A DNA stretch of 50,756 bases from Patescibacteria group bacterium (GTDB taxonomy: Bacteria > Patescibacteriota > Minisyncoccia > Phycocordibacterales > DATDWN01), in the NCBI GenBank assembly GCA_040384485.1, contig JAZKJH010000001.1, positions 1 to 50,756 on the forward strand, in the 5' to 3' direction. A program made the translations under genes and the position numbers. The notes beneath the pieces are model-generated. The model did no database searches, was not told the origin of the DNA, and saw only the letters and a list, made by a program, of their open reading frames with translations. Shown piece after piece: positions 25,272 to 35,348 of this stretch. Within the stretch, counting starts at the first letter, position 1; every line of letters starts with the position of its first letter.

Positions 25272-26246
25272 ATGGATTTAGAAAAATTTTTACAGAACCC
25301 AAAGACTTCTTATTTAGCTGAGAGTTATAGGAAACTAGAAAAAGATGAATTAGCTACGAAGGAAATGATAGAGAGTGATCCAGCACTTACTGATTTGGCT
25401 ATGGGAGAGTTGGAATCCATAAAGCTTCAAATGGACGCAATTTTAAAACAGATGGAGGAGATTATGGTTGAGGAGGAAAAAGAAGAGGAGTTTCCAAACG
25501 AGATTATTCTAGAAGTCAGAGCCGGAGCAGGAGGCGAGGAGGCATCACTGTTTGCTGAAGAGCTAGCTCATATGTATACCAGATACGCTGAAAACAATGG
25601 TTGGGGAGTTATGGTTATAGATGAATCTCGTAGTGCAGTAGGTGGGTACAAAGAGGCTTCTTTTGAAATACGAGGAAAAGATGTTTACAAAAAACTTAGA
25701 TTTGAAACTGGGGTGCATAGAGTTCAGAGAGTTCCTGCCACTGAGAAAATGGGAAGAGTGCATACTTCTACTGCTACCGTGGCGGTATTGCCAGTTAGAA
25801 AGAAAACTACTTTTGAAATAAAACCAACTGACTTGGAAATAGAAACTTCACGTTCTGGTGGTGCTGGAGGACAAAACGTAAACAAAGTTGAAACAGCTGT
25901 TCGTATTATTCACAAACCAACAGGGATTGATGTGCGCTCGACTTCACAAAGAAACCAGTTGAAAAACAAGGAAATGGCGATGTCTATTTTGATGGCAAAA
26001 TTACAAGCCAAACAAGACGAGGAAGAAGCAGCAAAGCATTCAGCAGACAGAAAAAGCCAAATAGGGACGGCTGATAGGTCAGAAAAGATACGTACCTACA
26101 ATATTCTCCAGGACCGTATCACTGACCACAGAATCAAGCAGTCATGGCACAACATCGAAAAGATACTTGCTGGGGGAATAGAGCCAGTTTTGGAAGCAAT
26201 GGCTAACTTTGATGGTACAGCCGAGGGTGGTTCGGATGACGAATAA
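25272..26246 (+). CDS. prfA: Peptide chain release factor 1
   Basis: GGQ motif (GAGGQNVNK); PAT specificity tripeptide in RVQRVPATE. Confidence 0.93.
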   Translation: MDLEKFLQNPKTSYLAESYRKLEKDELATKEMIESDPALTDLAMGELESIKLQMDAILKQMEEIMVEEEKEEEFPNEIILEVRAGAGGEEASLFAEELAHMYTRYAENNGWGVMVIDESRSAVGGYKEASFEIRGKDVYKKLRFETGVHRVQRVPATEKMGRVHTSTATVAVLPVRKKTTFEIKPTDLEIETSRSGGAGGQNVNKVETAVRIIHKPTGIDVRSTSQRNQLKNKEMAMSILMAKLQAKQDEEEAAKHSADRKSQIGTADRSEKIRTYNILQDRITDHRIKQSWHNIEKILAGGIEPVLEAMANFDGTAEGGSDDE

Positions 26247-26319
26247 GACTCATTTTGGGCTTTAAAATAAGGGTTGCATGATATCGTAGTTTCTGGTAGG
26301 ATTACTGCCATAACAAAAT

Positions 26320-27054
26320 ATGGACAAAACAAACAATACAGCTAGTTTAAAGACAGATAACAGCGTTGTAGACGCTCTTTTTTCTGTAGGTGCTCACTTC
26401 GGTTTTACAAAATCACGAAGACACCCATCTGCAAAACCTTTTATTTTTGGTGTTAAGAACAAGATTGAGATTTTCGATCTAGAAAAAACACAGGATTACC
26501 TTTCAAAGGCTTGTGAATTCGTAGAAACAATAGCTGCAAAGAATGGCGCTATCTTGTTTGTAAGTGGAAAAAGTGAGGCAAGAGATGCTATTACAAACGC
26601 TGCTGAGAGTATAAATCAACCTTTCGTAGCCGGAAGATTTATCGGTGGAACATTAACTAACTTTCCTGAAATCAAGAAAAGAGTTGAAAAACTAGAAACT
26701 TTGGTATCTCAGAGAGAAAAGGGAGAATTGGCAAAATACACAAAGAAAGAGAGACTACTTATAGACAGAGAGATTGAAAGACTAAAGAAATTTTTTGCGG
26801 GACTAAGTTTGATGAAAAGTCTTCCACAAGCTGTATTTATCGTAGACAGTAAAAAGGAGCATATTGCTGTAAAAGAAGCTAAAATGATGGGAATTCCAGT
26901 TATCGCTCTTTGTGGGACTGACAACAACCTAAATGATGTAGATGTTGCTATCCCTGCAAACGATTCTTCAAAATCAAGCATCACATTCTTCCTAGAGAAG
27001 GTAAAGGAAGCCTACAAAGCTGGACAGATGAAAAAACCTACAACTGTAGTATAA
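26320..27054 (+). CDS. rpsB: 30S ribosomal protein S2
   Basis: GAHFG, RFIGGTLTNF, AVKEAKMMGIPVIA, PANDS. Confidence 0.97.
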   Translation: MDKTNNTASLKTDNSVVDALFSVGAHFGFTKSRRHPSAKPFIFGVKNKIEIFDLEKTQDYLSKACEFVETIAAKNGAILFVSGKSEARDAITNAAESINQPFVAGRFIGGTLTNFPEIKKRVEKLETLVSQREKGELAKYTKKERLLIDREIERLKKFFAGLSLMKSLPQAVFIVDSKKEHIAVKEAKMMGIPVIALCGTDNNLNDVDVAIPANDSSKSSITFFLEKVKEAYKAGQMKKPTTVV

Positions 27055-27127
27055 TAAACCAAGGACCATTTAATGGTTTTTTGGTTTGTTTTGTGCTCGT
27101 TTATAAGCTAAATTTCTCAATAAAATT

Positions 27128-27721
27128 ATGACAAGTGAAATATCAATCGACTTAGTTAAGGAACTTAGAGACAAGACTGGAATATCTATAATGCAGTGTC
27201 GAAAGGCTCTAGAAGAGACAGCTGGTGATATGGAAAAAGCCATAATTCTTTTGAGAAAGAAAAGCTCAGACGTGGCAAATAAAAAAGAGGGAAGAACTCT
27301 TGGTGCCGGTGCAATAGCAACATACGTTCACAATACAGGCTCTGTGGGGACTATGGTAGAGCTTTTGTGTGAGACTGACTTCGTAGCTAATAACGAGGAG
27401 TTCAAGCAAATTGCCCGAGATATCGCTATGCACATCACAGCCTCAAATCCTCAGTTTCTAAAGAAAGAGGAGATAGATGAAAAATCAATGGCATTAGCTA
27501 CAGAGATGCTTTCCAAGGAACTAGAGGGCAAGCCTGAGGACATGAAAGCTAAAATCCTTGAAGGTAAACTTTCAGCATACTGGAGCGACAAAGTTTTGTT
27601 AGAGCAGGCTTTTATTAAAAATCCTGACATGACTATACGAGGACTTTTGGACGGGGCTGTTCAGAAATTTGGTGAAAAGATAGAGCTATCACGATTCACA
27701 AGATACTCTGTTTCTCAGTAG
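27128..27721 (+). CDS. tsf: Elongation factor Ts (short form)
   Basis: VKELRDKTG...CRKAL, ELLCETDFVA, LLEQAFIK. Confidence 0.97.
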   Translation: MTSEISIDLVKELRDKTGISIMQCRKALEETAGDMEKAIILLRKKSSDVANKKEGRTLGAGAIATYVHNTGSVGTMVELLCETDFVANNEEFKQIARDIAMHITASNPQFLKKEEIDEKSMALATEMLSKELEGKPEDMKAKILEGKLSAYWSDKVLLEQAFIKNPDMTIRGLLDGAVQKFGEKIELSRFTRYSVSQ

Positions 27722-27739
27722 ATTCTTAACTAAAACAAC

Positions 27740-28120
27740 ATGACAACAGTAACTATAGTGTTTATATCTTCGTTTTTGGCTATTCTATTTATGATAGCTA
27801 GAAAAGTTGTAGAAATTAAGGTAGGTCAAACACACTTTTTTTCAAAACTTTTTGTTAAGGGTGATGAAAGAATCCATAAAATCGCTGCTTTCTTTATATA
27901 CAAATATAACCGATACAAAAAAATATCTAATATTTTTGTATTTGAATTTTTACCATCGTATCTATACGAGATCTTGGTAAAGTCAAAAGATTATGTTTCA
28001 AAGAAATACTACACTGCAGGCGACGGTTTTAGAGGCAGAAGAATCCTTCGAAGTAATGGATCAGTGTCTTTCTTCTTGGAGCGATTAGCTTCTGAAAGAA
28101 AGGTTGAAAAAAAGTTTTAA
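27740..28120 (+). CDS. Hypothetical membrane-anchored basic protein
   Basis: N-terminal TM helix; follows tsf on the same strand. Confidence 0.7.
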   Translation: MTTVTIVFISSFLAILFMIARKVVEIKVGQTHFFSKLFVKGDERIHKIAAFFIYKYNRYKKISNIFVFEFLPSYLYEILVKSKDYVSKKYYTAGDGFRGRRILRSNGSVSFFLERLASERKVEKKF

Positions 28121-28148
28121 GAATGTTAGATTATATAGGTTCCGTTTT

Positions 28149-28225
28149 GCCACTTTAGCTCAGTTGGCTAGAGCAGCCGTTTTGTAAACGGCAGGTCGTC
28201 AGTTCGAATCTGACAAGTGGCTCCA
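28149..28225 (+). tRNA. tRNA-Thr (anticodon TGT), CCA encoded
   Basis: GCCACTT/AAGTGGC-T-CCA; GCCGT-TTTGTAA-ACGGC; GTTCGAAT. Confidence 0.97.
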
Positions 28226-28251
28226 AAAAAAATACCCGTTAGGGTATTTTT

Positions 28252-28938
28252 TTATCTCTCTGTACTTGTAGCTGTTTTAGCTTTAAGTATTGTCTGTAGT
28301 TCCGGTATAGCTTCCTCCAAATCCTCTACGCTCTGGAAGCCGTAAAATGCCTGCTCCTTGAAGAATATAGCTGGTAGGGTACTCTTTACCTTGTTTATGT
28401 TTATAAGTGTTTTTACGGCAGATAAATCAGTATTATAGTCAAAAGAATAAACCCGTAGTTCTGGATAGGTCTCACGAAGTCTGGTTAGAACGAAACCTTG
28501 TTTTTCACAGTCTTCACATGTGTCGTCTGTAGAGTAAAAGTAAATTATTGATAGGGGAGTTTTTTTACACTTCTCGCTTATCTTGTTCATTAAAAGATAG
28601 TCTTTGATTTGTAGTAATGCGTAGTATTTTTTCAAAGTTATAACTTCATCATCCTTAACACCCCTATCTTTCTCTGCATAGGCTAGCTTGGATTCAAGCT
28701 CACCAAGCTCACTAGAAAGTGCTCCAGTTGTGACTTCCTTACAAGACGACTCCTCAAGTAGGGCGAACTGAGTTTCTGAGGAGAGTATGTCAATAGATAT
28801 TGTATCTTGGATGTTTCTTATCTCAGCTAGTTTTTTATTACTAAAGTATGTGCTTAACATGACTGCCGTAGCAAAAATAACCACCGTAATGATGAAGGAG
28901 AATATATATTTTTTCCAATTTATTTCATTTTGTCTCAT
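28252..28938 (-). CDS. Membrane-anchored protein with C-terminal thioredoxin-like CxxC domain
   Basis: N-terminal TM, helical region, IIYFYS..CEDCEKQGFVL, VYSFD, LPAI. Confidence 0.7.
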   Translation of the reverse strand: MRQNEINWKKYIFSFIITVVIFATAVMLSTYFSNKKLAEIRNIQDTISIDILSSETQFALLEESSCKEVTTGALSSELGELESKLAYAEKDRGVKDDEVITLKKYYALLQIKDYLLMNKISEKCKKTPLSIIYFYSTDDTCEDCEKQGFVLTRLRETYPELRVYSFDYNTDLSAVKTLININKVKSTLPAIFFKEQAFYGFQSVEDLEEAIPELQTILKAKTATSTER

Positions 28939-28948
28939 AGTGTTGTTT

Positions 28949-30196
28949 TTATCTCCACTTAACTTTCATCCCGAAAATAGCGTTAAAGGCTGCTTTTGCC
29001 ATCCATATCGGAGCTATAAAGATATACAAAGTTAGGAAATAAATCAAATCCATGCCGAATCTGACTTTTTTCTCAGACATTTTTCTTGAGGCTGTTAGCA
29101 TGGCCAAGGTACCGCTTAGAGCTACTAGTCCGATAATAGATACAACTTCTGTGTTCAAGTAAAACCAATCAAACTTGATGCCATCAAAAGACCAGTTAAA
29201 ACCAATAGTACTTATTTCGTTGAACTTCTGAATCCCCATATTAATGATGTTTATAACTGTCACGGTAGTTAAGAAAAGAACTGAAACAAAAGAGATACTA
29301 GCCATAGGGAGAATAAAAGCACCCAAGTTGCCGTATTCCTTTTTGAAAAACAACTCTTTATAGTCCATAGCATTTTTCAAGAATCCATGTGACCATCTCG
29401 TTCTTTGGGTTAGTAGTCTTCCAAAAGAGTTTGGGGGAACTGTATATACAAAAGCTTTGTGAGCATGGGCAATTTTAAAACCATTTTTCTGCATACGTAG
29501 GGCAATTTCTATATCCTCAGTATTGTGCGCGTGTCGGTAACCTCCCAGTTTATCGAAAACCTCTTTTCTGAATATAGAAAAAGGCCCAGGTGTAATGTAT
29601 ACAGACTGCATGTATTGGAACATTTTTCTGGTGAAAATACCGAAACCGTACTCGACTTTCTGGAGTAACTGTAAGGGACCTTTTGGTTGCCAAAGTTTGA
29701 TAGAAGGAGCTACGGCCATAGTTTCTTTGTTTTGGAAGTATGTGACTATTGTTTTTAAGGCGTCCTTGTGAACATACGAGTCAGCATCTAGGCATCCCAC
29801 TAGTTCTGTATCTAGCTTAGATATTCCGTAGTTTAGGGCGGTGTACTTTCCACCGTTTTCTTTGGTGTGCAGTATTATCTGAGGATTGTTCTTGAATTTC
29901 TGAATTCTTTCCCAAGTTTTATCTGTAGAACCGTCGTCCACTATCATTATTTTCAGCTTATTTTTAGGATAATCTAGATTTAAGAGAGAGTGAATGGTTC
30001 TAGAAACAGTGTTCTGCTCGTTCCAGCATGGAACAATAACTGTTACAGACGGGTGTCTTTTTACTCCATTGGCAACCATAACCTCTTCTTTCTTCATCTC
30101 AAGTCGGTTCTCAAAGTAGGATATAAGAAGAAAAACCTCGAAATTTACCGAGGCGAAAAGAAATACATAAGTGATAATGTTGGCTACATCTCCCAT
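28949..30196 (-). CDS. Processive GT2 glycosyltransferase (PgaC/IcaA-like)
   Basis: IVPCWNE, VDDGSTD, KENGGK, LDAD, TEDIE, QRTRW, TM helices. Confidence 0.92.
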   Translation of the reverse strand: MGDVANIITYVFLFASVNFEVFLLISYFENRLEMKKEEVMVANGVKRHPSVTVIVPCWNEQNTVSRTIHSLLNLDYPKNKLKIMIVDDGSTDKTWERIQKFKNNPQIILHTKENGGKYTALNYGISKLDTELVGCLDADSYVHKDALKTIVTYFQNKETMAVAPSIKLWQPKGPLQLLQKVEYGFGIFTRKMFQYMQSVYITPGPFSIFRKEVFDKLGGYRHAHNTEDIEIALRMQKNGFKIAHAHKAFVYTVPPNSFGRLLTQRTRWSHGFLKNAMDYKELFFKKEYGNLGAFILPMASISFVSVLFLTTVTVINIINMGIQKFNEISTIGFNWSFDGIKFDWFYLNTEVVSIIGLVALSGTLAMLTASRKMSEKKVRFGMDLIYFLTLYIFIAPIWMAKAAFNAIFGMKVKWR

Positions 30197-30252
30197 ACGC
30201 CCAATACTAGCACTTTTTGGGCATTTTTCAATTAGTTTGTTATAATCGTTTT

Positions 30253-30993
30253 ATGAAAGAAAATGAGGAAATAAAAGGTCATTTGCACCCTTTGACTCAC
30301 ACAATGTTTCAAATAAACCAGATCTTTACTGATCTAGGGTTTACTATCGCGGAAGGTCCAGAAATTGAGACAGAATTTTATAACTTTGACTCGCTAAATA
30401 TCCCAGAACATCATCCAGCTCGGGATATGTGGGATACATTTTGGCTGGAACCTTTGAATGCAAAAAAACTTTTACGAACCCACACCTCTCCGGTGCAAGT
30501 TAGATTCATGGAACAGCACAAACCGCCTTTGCGCATCATTGCTCCTGGTAAAGTGTTTCGACATGAGGCAACTGACGCTACTCACGAAGCTCAGTTTTAC
30601 CAGCTAGAAGGTTTGGTGGTGGGAGAAAATATTTCTCTGGCACATTTAAAAGGCACACTTGAGGAATTTTTTGAAAAGTTTTTTGGTAAAAAAACCGAGC
30701 TTAGGCTTCGACCAAGTTATTTTCCATTCGTTGAGCCAGGAGTTGAAATAGACGCTTCTTGTTTTAAGTGCTCCGGAAAAGGATGCTCTACATGCAAAGG
30801 AACGGGATTTATAGAAATAATGGGAGCTGGGGTGGTGCATCCTAGGGTTTTGGAAAGTAGCGGAATTGACTCTCGAAAATACTCAGGCTTCGCTTTTGGT
30901 TGTGGAATAGACAGACTAGTGATGCTTAAATACGGTGTGGATGATGTTAGATTACTTTATTCCGGAGATCTAAGACTTACTAATCAATTCTAA
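30253..30993 (+). CDS. pheS: Phenylalanine-tRNA ligase alpha subunit, lacking the N-terminal coiled coil
   Basis: [44 protein letters not shown]. Confidence 0.95.
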   Translation: MKENEEIKGHLHPLTHTMFQINQIFTDLGFTIAEGPEIETEFYNFDSLNIPEHHPARDMWDTFWLEPLNAKKLLRTHTSPVQVRFMEQHKPPLRIIAPGKVFRHEATDATHEAQFYQLEGLVVGENISLAHLKGTLEEFFEKFFGKKTELRLRPSYFPFVEPGVEIDASCFKCSGKGCSTCKGTGFIEIMGAGVVHPRVLESSGIDSRKYSGFAFGCGIDRLVMLKYGVDDVRLLYSGDLRLTNQF

Positions 30994-30995
30994 AT

Positions 30996-32903
30996 ATGAA
31001 AGTATCTTATAACTGGTTACAAGAATATATAAAAAATCCATTACCTAAAGTTGAGGAGCTTTCACGTGCTTTAACTATGCACTCCTTTGAAATAGAAGGT
31101 GTGGAAGATATGGGTCATGATTCTGTTATTGATGTAAAAGTTTTACCAAACAGAGCTTCTGATTGTCTTTGTCATTTTGGAGTGGCCAGTGAAGTTGCAT
31201 CTGTTTGTAATTTAGAGAGGATTGAGCTATTAGAGACCCCGACTTTGTCAAAAACTGAGAAAATTAACCTATCTTTGAACACAAAACAGTGTGAAAGGGG
31301 CTTCATGATTCTAGTTCGAGATGTGAAGGTCGGAGAAAGTCCAGAATGGCTTCGAGAGAAGCTGGCTATATTGGGACAGCGTTCTATTAACTCTGTTGTT
31401 GACCTTACCAACTATTTAACTTTTGCCTTCGGACATCCGATGCATGCTTTTGATGCAGAAAAAATTTCTCTAGATAAAAATTTTAACTATCAATTAAATA
31501 TAAGACACGCGAAGGACGGAGAAAAAATAACTTTGTTAAATGGAACAGAGTACAGTCTCACAGAAGACATGGTGGTTATTGCTGATGATGAAAAAGCTTT
31601 GGATGTGGCAGGAGTAATGGGCGGAGACGATAGTAAGGTGACAGAGAGCACAAAGAATATTATTCTGTCCATGTCTCATTTCAACCCAGTTTCAATACGA
31701 AAAACAGCAAAAAAACTTGGTTTAAGAACAGAGGCTTCACACCGATTTGAAAACGGGCTTTCCAGGTCATTAGCTGAAAGGTCTTTACCATATCTCTTAA
31801 AAAACATTTTAGAAATAACAGGAGGAATTGTTGATGGTATGGTAGAGGAAGAACCTTTGAAAGAAGTTATTAGAAAAATTCCCATAACTTCCAAAAAAAT
31901 TAGCACTATTTTAGGTTTTGAAGTTAGTGACGAAGAGATAATATCTATTCTAGCGAAACAAAGAATATGGGCAGGACAATCTGAAGAAGGTTTGGTGGTG
32001 AGCGTGCCCAAAGACAGACTCGATATAACCATAGAAGAAAGTGTGGCAGAAGAAGTGGGGAGGATATACGGCTACGAAAACATCAAACCGAAAAAATTTA
32101 CTGACACACCAGCACTTGGTTTAAATGTTAGATTTTTTGTGGCTGATAAAATTCGAAATGTTTTGGTAAAAAGTGGTTATTCCGAAGTTTATACCTATGC
32201 TTTTGTAAAAGGAGGAGAGGTAGTAATAGCAAATGCACTTTCTGGTGATAAAAAATATTTGAGAACAAACCTCGGTAATGCTATGGGGGAAGCCTTGGAG
32301 GAGAATTTTAAGCACTTGGATTTACTGGGATTGAAGGAGTTAAAAATGTTTGAAATAGGTACAATATTTAAAAAGGAAGAAGAGGGGATGCACTTGTGCC
32401 TCGGTGTAAAATATCCAAAAGGTAAAAAGGGAAATGTAGATGAGGAAGTGGCTAGAGTTATTAACTTGATTGAAAGTGAACTCGACGTTTCTCTTGGGGA
32501 TATTTCTATTGTCGGAGGAGTGGCGGAGTTTAACCTAAATAGAGTTCTTGAAAACATCACTGCTCCAGCAGAATACGGAAAGGATTTGTGGGATATAGAG
32601 ATAAATGATAACTTTCTATGGAAGACTATTTCCCCGTACCCGTTTGCAGTAAGAGACGTAGCTGTATTTGTTCCGAATGAGGTTAGTGTAGAAAAAGTTA
32701 TAGAATTGATAAATAAAAACATAAATTCTCTTGTTGTAAGACTTTCTTTGTTCGATACTTTTGTAAAATCTGAAAAAACTTCTTACGCATTTAGACTCGT
32801 TTTTCAAGCATCTGACAGAACCCTTACTGATGAAGAAATAAACGCAGTTATGAACCCAATATATGAAAGTTTGAAGGGAGAAGAGGGGTTTGAAATACGT
32901 TAA
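30996..32903 (+). CDS. pheT: Phenylalanine-tRNA ligase beta subunit, short form
   Basis: MKVSYNWLQEY, PNRASDC, VVDLTNY, EEVGRIYGY, FDX-ACB RDVAV/SYAFRL. Confidence 0.95.
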   Translation: MKVSYNWLQEYIKNPLPKVEELSRALTMHSFEIEGVEDMGHDSVIDVKVLPNRASDCLCHFGVASEVASVCNLERIELLETPTLSKTEKINLSLNTKQCERGFMILVRDVKVGESPEWLREKLAILGQRSINSVVDLTNYLTFAFGHPMHAFDAEKISLDKNFNYQLNIRHAKDGEKITLLNGTEYSLTEDMVVIADDEKALDVAGVMGGDDSKVTESTKNIILSMSHFNPVSIRKTAKKLGLRTEASHRFENGLSRSLAERSLPYLLKNILEITGGIVDGMVEEEPLKEVIRKIPITSKKISTILGFEVSDEEIISILAKQRIWAGQSEEGLVVSVPKDRLDITIEESVAEEVGRIYGYENIKPKKFTDTPALGLNVRFFVADKIRNVLVKSGYSEVYTYAFVKGGEVVIANALSGDKKYLRTNLGNAMGEALEENFKHLDLLGLKELKMFEIGTIFKKEEEGMHLCLGVKYPKGKKGNVDEEVARVINLIESELDVSLGDISIVGGVAEFNLNRVLENITAPAEYGKDLWDIEINDNFLWKTISPYPFAVRDVAVFVPNEVSVEKVIELINKNINSLVVRLSLFDTFVKSEKTSYAFRLVFQASDRTLTDEEINAVMNPIYESLKGEEGFEIR

Positions 32904-32985
32904 TTTAAGCTGTATTTTGGGAGGATTATCCACTAGCTTCCATAGGTATTTTTTGATATAATTAACCTTATAAAACAAACAAAAT

Positions 32986-35070
32986 ATGGCTAAAGAAAAG
33001 GAAGAAAAAAAGGCTAAAGCTGGTAGTTACGGAGCGGATGCAATACAGATTCTAGAGGGCCTAGACCCGGTTAGAAAGCGACCTGGTATGTACATTGGTA
33101 CAACTGGACTAGACGGTCTACATCACCTTATATGGGAAATTTTTGACAACTCAAGGGACGAAGCCATGGGTGGTTTTGCAAACGACATTGAAGTAACTCT
33201 ATTACCAGGAAACAGAATACGAGTCACTGACAACGGACGAGGCATTCCAGTCGACATACACAAACAAACAAAAGTTTCAGCACTTGAAACTATTATGACA
33301 ACCCTCCATGCTGGAGGAAAATTCGGAGGTGAAGGTGGTGGGTACAAAGTTTCCGGAGGACTACACGGAGTTGGTGCATCCGTTGTAAATGCCCTTTCTG
33401 TTTACTGTAAAGTAACTGTTCACAAGGACGGAGGCGTTTACATGCAAGAGTATTCTCAAGGTAAGAAAAAAGCTGCAGTAAAGAAAATTGGTTCAACAAA
33501 GCAAAACGGAACTATCGTTGTGTTCGAGCCCGATGCAACTATATTTCCAATCATTGAATTCAATACAAAAAGAGTTATCGATCACTTGAGACAACAAGCT
33601 TACTTGGTAAAAGGTCTACGTATTACCGTAAACGATGCTAGTAAATACGAGGGTAAAATCGATGAGGCTGGGACATTCAAAATCTCTGACCTGGGACTAG
33701 AGATTCCTTCCATGTCATTCTATTTCGAAGGGGGTCTACTTTCTCTTGTGAAGTTTTATAACAGTACACAAAAACCTGTTCATAAAAATGTTTTTTATGT
33801 AGAAAAGAAAACAAACGAGTACGAGTCAGTAGAAGTGTCTCTTCAATATGTTGATGATATTTCTCCTAGAATACTCGGGTTCGCAAACAACATCCATACT
33901 CCAGAGGGGGGAACACATGTGACTGGTTTCAAAACTGCTCTTACTCGAACACTAAATGCATATGGAAGAAAGAACAATTTAATTAAAGAAAGTGAAGACA
34001 ACTTTACTGGAGACGACGTACTCGAAGGACTAACTGCAGTTATCTCTGTAAAACTTCAAGAGATTCAGTTCGAAGGTCAAACTAAAGCAAAGCTTGGTTC
34101 AGTTGAAGCACAAAGTTCTGTGAATACAGTTTTCTCAGAAGCTTTTAACTATTTTCTAGAAGAAAATCCAGATGATGCCAAAGCAATAATAAATAAAGTA
34201 GTTCTAGCTTTGAAGGCACGAAAGGCTGCAAAGGCTGCGAAAGACTCAGTGCTTCGAAAAGGTGCATTGGAGGGAATGACTCTGCCTGGAAAACTAGCAG
34301 ACTGTCAGTCAAAATCAGCTGAAGACTCTGAGCTCTTCATTGTAGAGGGAGACTCTGCGGGAGGTTCTTCAAAAATGGGACGAGACAGAAGAACTCAAGC
34401 CATACTACCTCTTCGAGGAAAAATTCTAAACATTGAGAGAGCAAGACTTGATAGAATGCTTGAGTCAGAACAAATTAAAAACATGGTTATTGCTTTTGGA
34501 ACCGCGATAGGGGATACTTTCGACATTTCTAAACTTAGATATCACAAAATAATCATAGCAACCGACGCCGACGTGGACGGAGCGCACATAAGAACTCTTA
34601 TTTTGACTTTGTTATACAGATTCTTTAAACCACTTATAGATGGAGGATTTGTGTATATCGCTCAACCACCACTATACAAAGTAAAGAAAGGTAAAGAGAT
34701 TTTCTACGCGTACACTGACGAAGAGAAAGCAAAAATAGTTGGCAAGGAAGTTGTTGCAGAAATAACTGAAGTTGAAGAAGTGCAACCAGAAGGTGAAGAG
34801 GTAGAGGAGGAAGAAACAGACAAGAAAGGTAAAAAGGACGAAAAGAAAGTTGCCAAGATTTCTATCCAAAGATATAAAGGTCTCGGAGAAATGAACCCAG
34901 ATGAGCTTTGGGAAACTACTATGGACCCAGCAAGAAGAATACTTAAACAAGTGGCTGTAGGGGATGCAGTCGCTGCTGACAAAGTGTTTGATATCTTGAT
35001 GGGAACTGATGTTCCGGCTAGAAAGTCGTTTATACAATCAAATGCTACTTCAGCAAATTTGGATATTTAG
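32986..35070 (+). CDS. gyrB: DNA gyrase subunit B
   Basis: VRKRPGMYIG, GGLHGVGASVVNALS, EGDSAGG, DADVDG, QRYKGLGEMN. Confidence 0.97.
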   Translation: MAKEKEEKKAKAGSYGADAIQILEGLDPVRKRPGMYIGTTGLDGLHHLIWEIFDNSRDEAMGGFANDIEVTLLPGNRIRVTDNGRGIPVDIHKQTKVSALETIMTTLHAGGKFGGEGGGYKVSGGLHGVGASVVNALSVYCKVTVHKDGGVYMQEYSQGKKKAAVKKIGSTKQNGTIVVFEPDATIFPIIEFNTKRVIDHLRQQAYLVKGLRITVNDASKYEGKIDEAGTFKISDLGLEIPSMSFYFEGGLLSLVKFYNSTQKPVHKNVFYVEKKTNEYESVEVSLQYVDDISPRILGFANNIHTPEGGTHVTGFKTALTRTLNAYGRKNNLIKESEDNFTGDDVLEGLTAVISVKLQEIQFEGQTKAKLGSVEAQSSVNTVFSEAFNYFLEENPDDAKAIINKVVLALKARKAAKAAKDSVLRKGALEGMTLPGKLADCQSKSAEDSELFIVEGDSAGGSSKMGRDRRTQAILPLRGKILNIERARLDRMLESEQIKNMVIAFGTAIGDTFDISKLRYHKIIIATDADVDGAHIRTLILTLLYRFFKPLIDGGFVYIAQPPLYKVKKGKEIFYAYTDEEKAKIVGKEVVAEITEVEEVQPEGEEVEEEETDKKGKKDEKKVAKISIQRYKGLGEMNPDELWETTMDPARRILKQVAVGDAVAADKVFDILMGTDVPARKSFIQSNATSANLDI

Positions 35071-35116
35071 CTAAGTGTTAAATAAAATAAAAACCGCCTG
35101 ATGGCGGTTTTTATTT

Positions 35117-35344
35117 TTAAGCTTCTGTGTGCGGTACCTCGTGGACTTTCGTGTCCGGTTTGTTCGGAACTATCAAAATAGCTATGATGTAACCAATAGC
35201 AGCTGGCACGATAGCCGTAACTACAGCTAGGATAATGTACCCCAAACGTAGGATTGTAGAATCAATATCAAAGTATTCTCCAAGTCCTCCTATAACTCCA
35301 GCCACAACTTTGTCCTCTTTGCTTTTGTATAATTTTTTTGTCAT
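35117..35344 (-). CDS. pspC: PspC domain protein
   Basis: KKLYKSKEDKVVAGVIGGLGEYFDIDSTILRL. Confidence 0.9.
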   Translation of the reverse strand: MTKKLYKSKEDKVVAGVIGGLGEYFDIDSTILRLGYIILAVVTAIVPAAIGYIIAILIVPNKPDTKVHEVPHTEA

Positions 35345-35348
35345 ATAA

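Noticed and set aside
25272-26246. Release factor as RF2 with a programmed frameshift
   Set aside because: The PAT motif identifies RF1, and the ORF is continuous.
10906-32940. Replication origin inferred from DnaA-like boxes
   Set aside because: Only isolated imperfect boxes; no cluster, unwinding element or dnaA/dnaN.
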